The position numbers were made by a program, and so were the translations under genes. DNA of 28,858 nt from a virus (taxonomy: Duplodnaviria; Caudoviricetes), in IMG/VR virus record IMGVR_UViG_3300042207_000176, positions 1 through 28,858 of that record; one strand, given 5' to 3'. The notes below the pieces were generated by a model, which was given only the letters and a program-made list of their open reading frames with translations, was not told the DNA's origin and made no database searches. Below are positions 25,658 to 28,858 of the stretch, one piece after another (position 1 is the first letter of the stretch; each line of letters opens with the position of its first letter).

Positions 25658-26139
25658 GGCAACCCCCACGCATAGAATTTTCCGTTATAATGCAGGATTT
25701 CCCGGCGGTTCTCGGCTGCCGAAACATAGGATGCATGGACCCAGCCTGAATGTGGGTCGCCGGGCTGATAGCATTCCAGAATGAGCTGATCGAAATCGAG
25801 ATTTTGCGAAATCCACTGCGCGACATCAAAATTGGTCTGGCCGGGGATTTCAATATCAACCGCTTCCCCCTTGATATGCTGGGAGGTGTCCTGGCTGCCG
25901 ATTGCGCGGTTCAATTCAGGGCAGCGAAAAAAGGAGTTCGGTGAATACTTGACCCCGTAATGAGCACGGGCAGGTTCAAGGATGTGTTCCGCAACACGTA
26001 CAAGCTTGGGGATCACTTCAAGCGGCGGGGTATTGTCGATCCCAAGGCGCGATGCCGTTTGTGATTTTACCGCTTCGCGCAGGGTGAAATTCCGGGAAAG
26101 GCGCAAATTCAGATCATGCGGGGACATGGGCAGGGACAT
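25654..26139 (-). CDS. Endolysin, peptidase M15A family
   Basis: 'LS.NFTL.E...S.TA.R.GIDN.P', 'S.FRC..LN.AIG....SQH..GEAVD' and 'WVH.S' zinc-peptidase motifs. GAGG RBS before ATG 26139. Confidence 0.92.
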   Translation of the reverse strand: MSLPMSPHDLNLRLSRNFTLREAVKSQTASRLGIDNTPPLEVIPKLVRVAEHILEPARAHYGVKYSPNSFFRCPELNRAIGSQDTSQHIKGEAVDIEIPGQTNFDVAQWISQNLDFDQLILECYQPGDPHSGWVHASYVSAAENRREILHYNGKFYAWGLP

Positions 26140-26180
26140 TGGGGGCCTCAATGCAAAATACCGTTCGGTTCGTTGCAATG

Positions 26181-26223
26181 AGGGTGGCGGTTAACGCCGT
26201 CACAATTCAGCTGAAAGTTTCAG
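26181..26223 (-). promoter_or_regulatory. Putative activator-dependent late promoter for the lysis/packaging operon (Mu Plys-like)
   Basis: Palindrome CTGAAA-G-TTTCAG (26211-26223) 24 nt upstream of CACCCT, the same geometry as at 19058-19100. Confidence 0.65.
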
Positions 26224-26232
26224 GGGCAGGGC

Positions 26233-26607
26233 CTAGAAAAGCGAAGGTTGCCGGTCGTCCTGCACATTTTCCTGTTCAAGGATTTGATAAACCCGCCGTT
26301 CGGTGCATCCGGCGCGCAAAGCAATCTGCCGACGGCTGATATTCTCGGATGCGAGACGACAAATCAAGAGGCGTCTTTTCTCCCGCGATAGAATAGACAT
26401 TGGAACCTGAAGGTGGCACCCGCCAAAAACGCGTGACAGGGCATAGGCGTCATCAATGCCAATGACGCAAAGTTCATGGTCTTGCGTGATCTTTTTCGGG
26501 ATGTAAAGGACCGTGCCGGGAAAGGCTTCGACCAGGCGCATGGCCGCCCGCATCGAAACCAGTTCGGCAACGTCTTCAATCCCGTATGTCGATCCAGCAC
26601 GCGGCAT
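26233..26607 (-). CDS. Mor/C-family late transcription activator
   Basis: 'L.EAFPGT.LYIPK', 'FGG..L.VP', C-terminal HTH 'SRRQIALRAGCTERRVYQIL'. Position between gemA and lysis genes. Alternative GTG start at 26619. Confidence 0.85.
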   Translation of the reverse strand: MPRAGSTYGIEDVAELVSMRAAMRLVEAFPGTVLYIPKKITQDHELCVIGIDDAYALSRVFGGCHLQVPMSILSREKRRLLICRLASENISRRQIALRAGCTERRVYQILEQENVQDDRQPSLF

Positions 26608-26608
26608 A

Positions 26609-27040
26609 TCAGGCAGCACCTCCGTTTTTCATGCGGCGGTCCCAGTCTTTCAGGGCTTCAATCACAGGCGCGGCTTCGTCATAGGTCAGCCAGTCCAGTT
26701 GCCGCACATGGGCAAACTGGCGGGCTTTGAGGTGCTTGTTCACGAAGGCCAACAGCGCGGCATCGGTGTCGGTCGCACTAAGCGCCCCGGCCTTTTTAAG
26801 GCTGCCCCACAGCGCCCAAATCTTGCGCACATAGCCCTTCGCCGATTTCTTGAACCCCGCACGGGGGCCGTTCAGATGCGCGATAATCTGGTGCATTTCA
26901 GCGTCGGTGCATTGGCCTAGGCTGGTTTTGCCGGTGATATTTTGCACCATCGCCTCATGCGCATCCCGATCAATACCGCGTTCCTTCTCGGCAGCGCGGA
27001 TTTGGCGATTGAGCATTTGCCATTGTGGGGATTTAGGCAT
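26609..27040 (-). CDS. gemA: Mu GemA / gp16-like regulatory protein (DUF1018)
   Basis: 'ITGKTS', 'RKIWALW..L...G', 'AL.AFV', 'VIEALK.W..R'. GGAGGG RBS before ATG 27040. Confidence 0.9.
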   Translation of the reverse strand: MPKSPQWQMLNRQIRAAEKERGIDRDAHEAMVQNITGKTSLGQCTDAEMHQIIAHLNGPRAGFKKSAKGYVRKIWALWGSLKKAGALSATDTDAALLAFVNKHLKARQFAHVRQLDWLTYDEAAPVIEALKDWDRRMKNGGAA

Positions 27041-27725
27041 TGTATCCCTCCAGTGCTTTGCCGATACTCGGTTTGGTACCAAAGGTTCGTACGAGGATGG
27101 AATGCGAGAAGGTAAGTATTTTGCAGTTGTCTTGTGTACGCTGGTGACCGGATTTGGCATCGGTTTTGCTGCGGGATTGAGCGAACCAATTAAGCATGAA
27201 ATTCAGTGGGAAACTTTGCTGGCGGGTGCCGCCGCGATTATTGGTGGCTGGATGGCTTATCGAGGTGCAATGGCTCCGTTTCTGGACGAGAAGCAGAGAA
27301 TCACCGAACTCTATCTCCATACTTTTCGAGAAGAAATTAATCAATTTCTTCGTAGCACTGATGAAAAAAGTAAATCTGGAAAGCTCTGCCTGGATATGTT
27401 TCGCGCAAACAAAACTCATAGGCGTGATGATATGATCACAGCGATGGCTATGGAAATATTGACATGCATGCCTGAAATTCCAGAAAAAATAAACACTGCC
27501 CCTCTCCGGCAAAAACTGGTTAATATTCGATATCTCCTCGCGAGATTCAACCCCGAAGATCGAAAGTTTCTGGGTGATTTTCTCCCCCCAGACCCAATCG
27601 AAACAAGGAATGCAATTCTTGAATATGCAGTAATGGTCGAAAGTCTCTGTTAGTATCGATTTTGATGACGACTGCTCAAGCTGTTTCCATTTATCTGCCA
27701 ATTGGACATTCATTTCCGATGTCAT
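27033..27725 (-). other. Candidate translational bridge ORF (230 aa) antisense to the membrane-protein gene
   Basis: Strong GGAGGT RBS and ATGA overlap with the DUF2786 stop. TAA overlaps the gemA start (ATGCCTAA). The product has no recognisable family. Confidence 0.45.
27102..27653 (+). CDS. Accessory (moron) membrane protein, 183 aa
   Basis: GAGGA RBS, two N-terminal hydrophobic helices followed by a helical soluble domain. AT-rich (22/60 G+C at 27301-27360). Opposite strand to the operon. Confidence 0.8.
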   Translation: MREGKYFAVVLCTLVTGFGIGFAAGLSEPIKHEIQWETLLAGAAAIIGGWMAYRGAMAPFLDEKQRITELYLHTFREEINQFLRSTDEKSKSGKLCLDMFRANKTHRRDDMITAMAMEILTCMPEIPEKINTAPLRQKLVNIRYLLARFNPEDRKFLGDFLPPDPIETRNAILEYAVMVESLC

Positions 27726-28435
27726 GACCGGTCACCTCCACCGGTCAGCGCCTGCTGGCCCTCACCTGCAACACCCTGGCGAAAATCAACCTTGCTGCCA
27801 TCGGCCAGACCATCCACCAACGCCCCGTAATCATGGTTCCGCGCCTTGGTGCTAAGGTCTCTGCCTTTCAGGCTCTGTAAACTGTCGCCAAATTGCTTTG
27901 CCTCATAGGCTTCAATGGCTTTGGTTTCCGCCTCTGTCGCGCAATGCGATGTGACTTTTTCGGCAACCGCGCGAACCCAGCCACTGGCATACATATCGCC
28001 CCGGCGCACTTTGGTGCTGCGTTTCAGACGTTTATTCAGGCTGCCAATATAGGCCGTGCGGCTTTTTGTCAGCTGGCGCTCAAGCACTTCATAGGTATAG
28101 GCCGCGACCTTGGGGCTGGCATCAAGTCCATAAAACTCGAAACGCGCCCGCCATTTGTCACTTTGATAATAGGGGCGATATACCGTTTCGACACCGAAGG
28201 CCCGCGCCACCATATTGGCAAGTATCACGACATGCTTCGGTGGCACCCTGCCAGCACGGCTGTTCGCGGTGCTGCTGTTAACATCGCTGATCGCAACATC
28301 GTCATGGCTAACCCCGTATTTTGCCATCAGCTCCTGTGCGCGCGACAGTGCCGCAGCAGCCTCGTTCGGGTTGTCGGACTGCGCCAGCGCCAGACAGGAT
28401 TTGATTTTGCGCAGGATGTTTTCATGCTCGGCCAT
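27722..28435 (-). CDS. DUF2786-domain protein
   Basis: 'ILRKIKSCLALAQS.NPNEAAAAL.RAQELM.KY' N-terminal signature and 'A.Y.YEVL.RQL...R..Y'. Confidence 0.9.
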   Translation of the reverse strand: MAEHENILRKIKSCLALAQSDNPNEAAAALSRAQELMAKYGVSHDDVAISDVNSSTANSRAGRVPPKHVVILANMVARAFGVETVYRPYYQSDKWRARFEFYGLDASPKVAAYTYEVLERQLTKSRTAYIGSLNKRLKRSTKVRRGDMYASGWVRAVAEKVTSHCATEAETKAIEAYEAKQFGDSLQSLKGRDLSTKARNHDYGALVDGLADGSKVDFRQGVAGEGQQALTGGGDRS

Positions 28436-28712
28436 TGTTATCTCCTGACGTCCCGGAATGAATTGATGTTTCGATGAACTGCTCTAACGGGGTCAAAGGC
28501 AGGTTTTTCGGCCTCGTGTCTGCCGTCACAAACCGCGTCAGATAGTCCCGCTGTGCTTTGCACCACGCCTTGTAAGGCCAGCGCCGTCGCTCGCCGTAGG
28601 GATAGGCATCGCGCACCGCTTTAACGCGCTCGGGAAAAGGCAAATCCGCCGGAAGCGTTGCGTGGAGCTCGGCAATCACTTGGCGCGCATCGTCGTACCA
28701 GGTACCGCTCAT
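28422..28712 (-). CDS. Hypothetical phage protein (96 aa)
   Basis: TGATG coupling to the upstream gene and overlap with the DUF2786 start. 'AYPYGER..WPYKAW' motif. Confidence 0.8.
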   Translation of the reverse strand: MSGTWYDDARQVIAELHATLPADLPFPERVKAVRDAYPYGERRRWPYKAWCKAQRDYLTRFVTADTRPKNLPLTPLEQFIETSIHSGTSGDNNGRA

Positions 28713-28858
28713 CACACCCTCACTTTCAGCAGGGCAAAATCAATGTCCGGCGTAAAAAAACCGAGCTTTCCTTTGCAGGGCACAAAATCCAGCGGTTTCG
28801 GGTCGGTCAGGACAAAGCCGTAGGGACCATGAAACCACTTGCTATCGAGCGACGTGAC
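28712..28858 (-). CDS. ASCH-domain-like protein, C-terminal part (truncated by the window edge)
   Basis: Translation ...SKWFHGPYGFVLTDPKPLDFVPCKGKLGFF... matches the recalled phage ASCH C-terminal motif. Confidence 0.8.
   Translation of the reverse strand, partial: VTSLDSKWFHGPYGFVLTDPKPLDFVPCKGKLGFFTPDIDFALLKVRV

Larger units (their letters stand above)
1..28858 (-). mobile_element. Mu-like transposable prophage (late region, siphovirus-type tail); ends and transposase not within the window
   Basis: Gene order gemA-mor-lysis-terminase-portal-MuF-protease I-capsid-gp36-tail-methylase matches Mu-like phages. No tail sheath gene is present. Whether 1-627 belongs to the prophage is uncertain. 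Confidence 0.93.

Noticed and set aside
1-28858. CRISPR array, tRNA or rRNA genes, IS elements
   Set aside because: No regularly spaced repeats, tRNA cloverleaf with conserved boxes, or transposase motifs seen.

Overview
The window is the early-tail, late and right-end part of a Mu-like (transposable) prophage, encoded almost entirely on the minus strand. Reading from right to left it carries: a partial ASCH-like gene, a hypothetical gene, DUF2786, gemA-like and Mor/C-like activator genes; a lysis pair (M15 peptidase endolysin, holin); Mu-type head genes (small and large terminase, portal, a long MuF, protease with an internal scaffold start, cement, major capsid, gp36-like, virion morphogenesis, tail terminator); a non-contractile lambda-like tail (tube, frameshifted chaperone pair, tape measure, distal tail, DUF1833, NlpC/P60, I-J-like tip, tail fibre); and a Dam-like methylase in the Mu mom position. 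Transposase, repressor and prophage ends are not visible. The most striking observation concerns two plus-strand accessory genes (a lipoprotein at 8421-8807 and a membrane protein at 27102-27653) that interrupt minus-strand operons with the same architecture. Each is spanned by an in-register minus-strand ORF whose start overlaps the upstream gene's stop and whose stop overlaps the downstream gene's start by the same 8 nt (ATGnCTAA), which suggests translational 'bridge' ORFs. Also seen: a shared palindromic late-promoter motif, a structured non-coding leader before the methylase, a possible MuF toxin/immunity pair, and two small left-end genes with identical terminator stems. All family assignments come from motif recall and synteny, not database searches.
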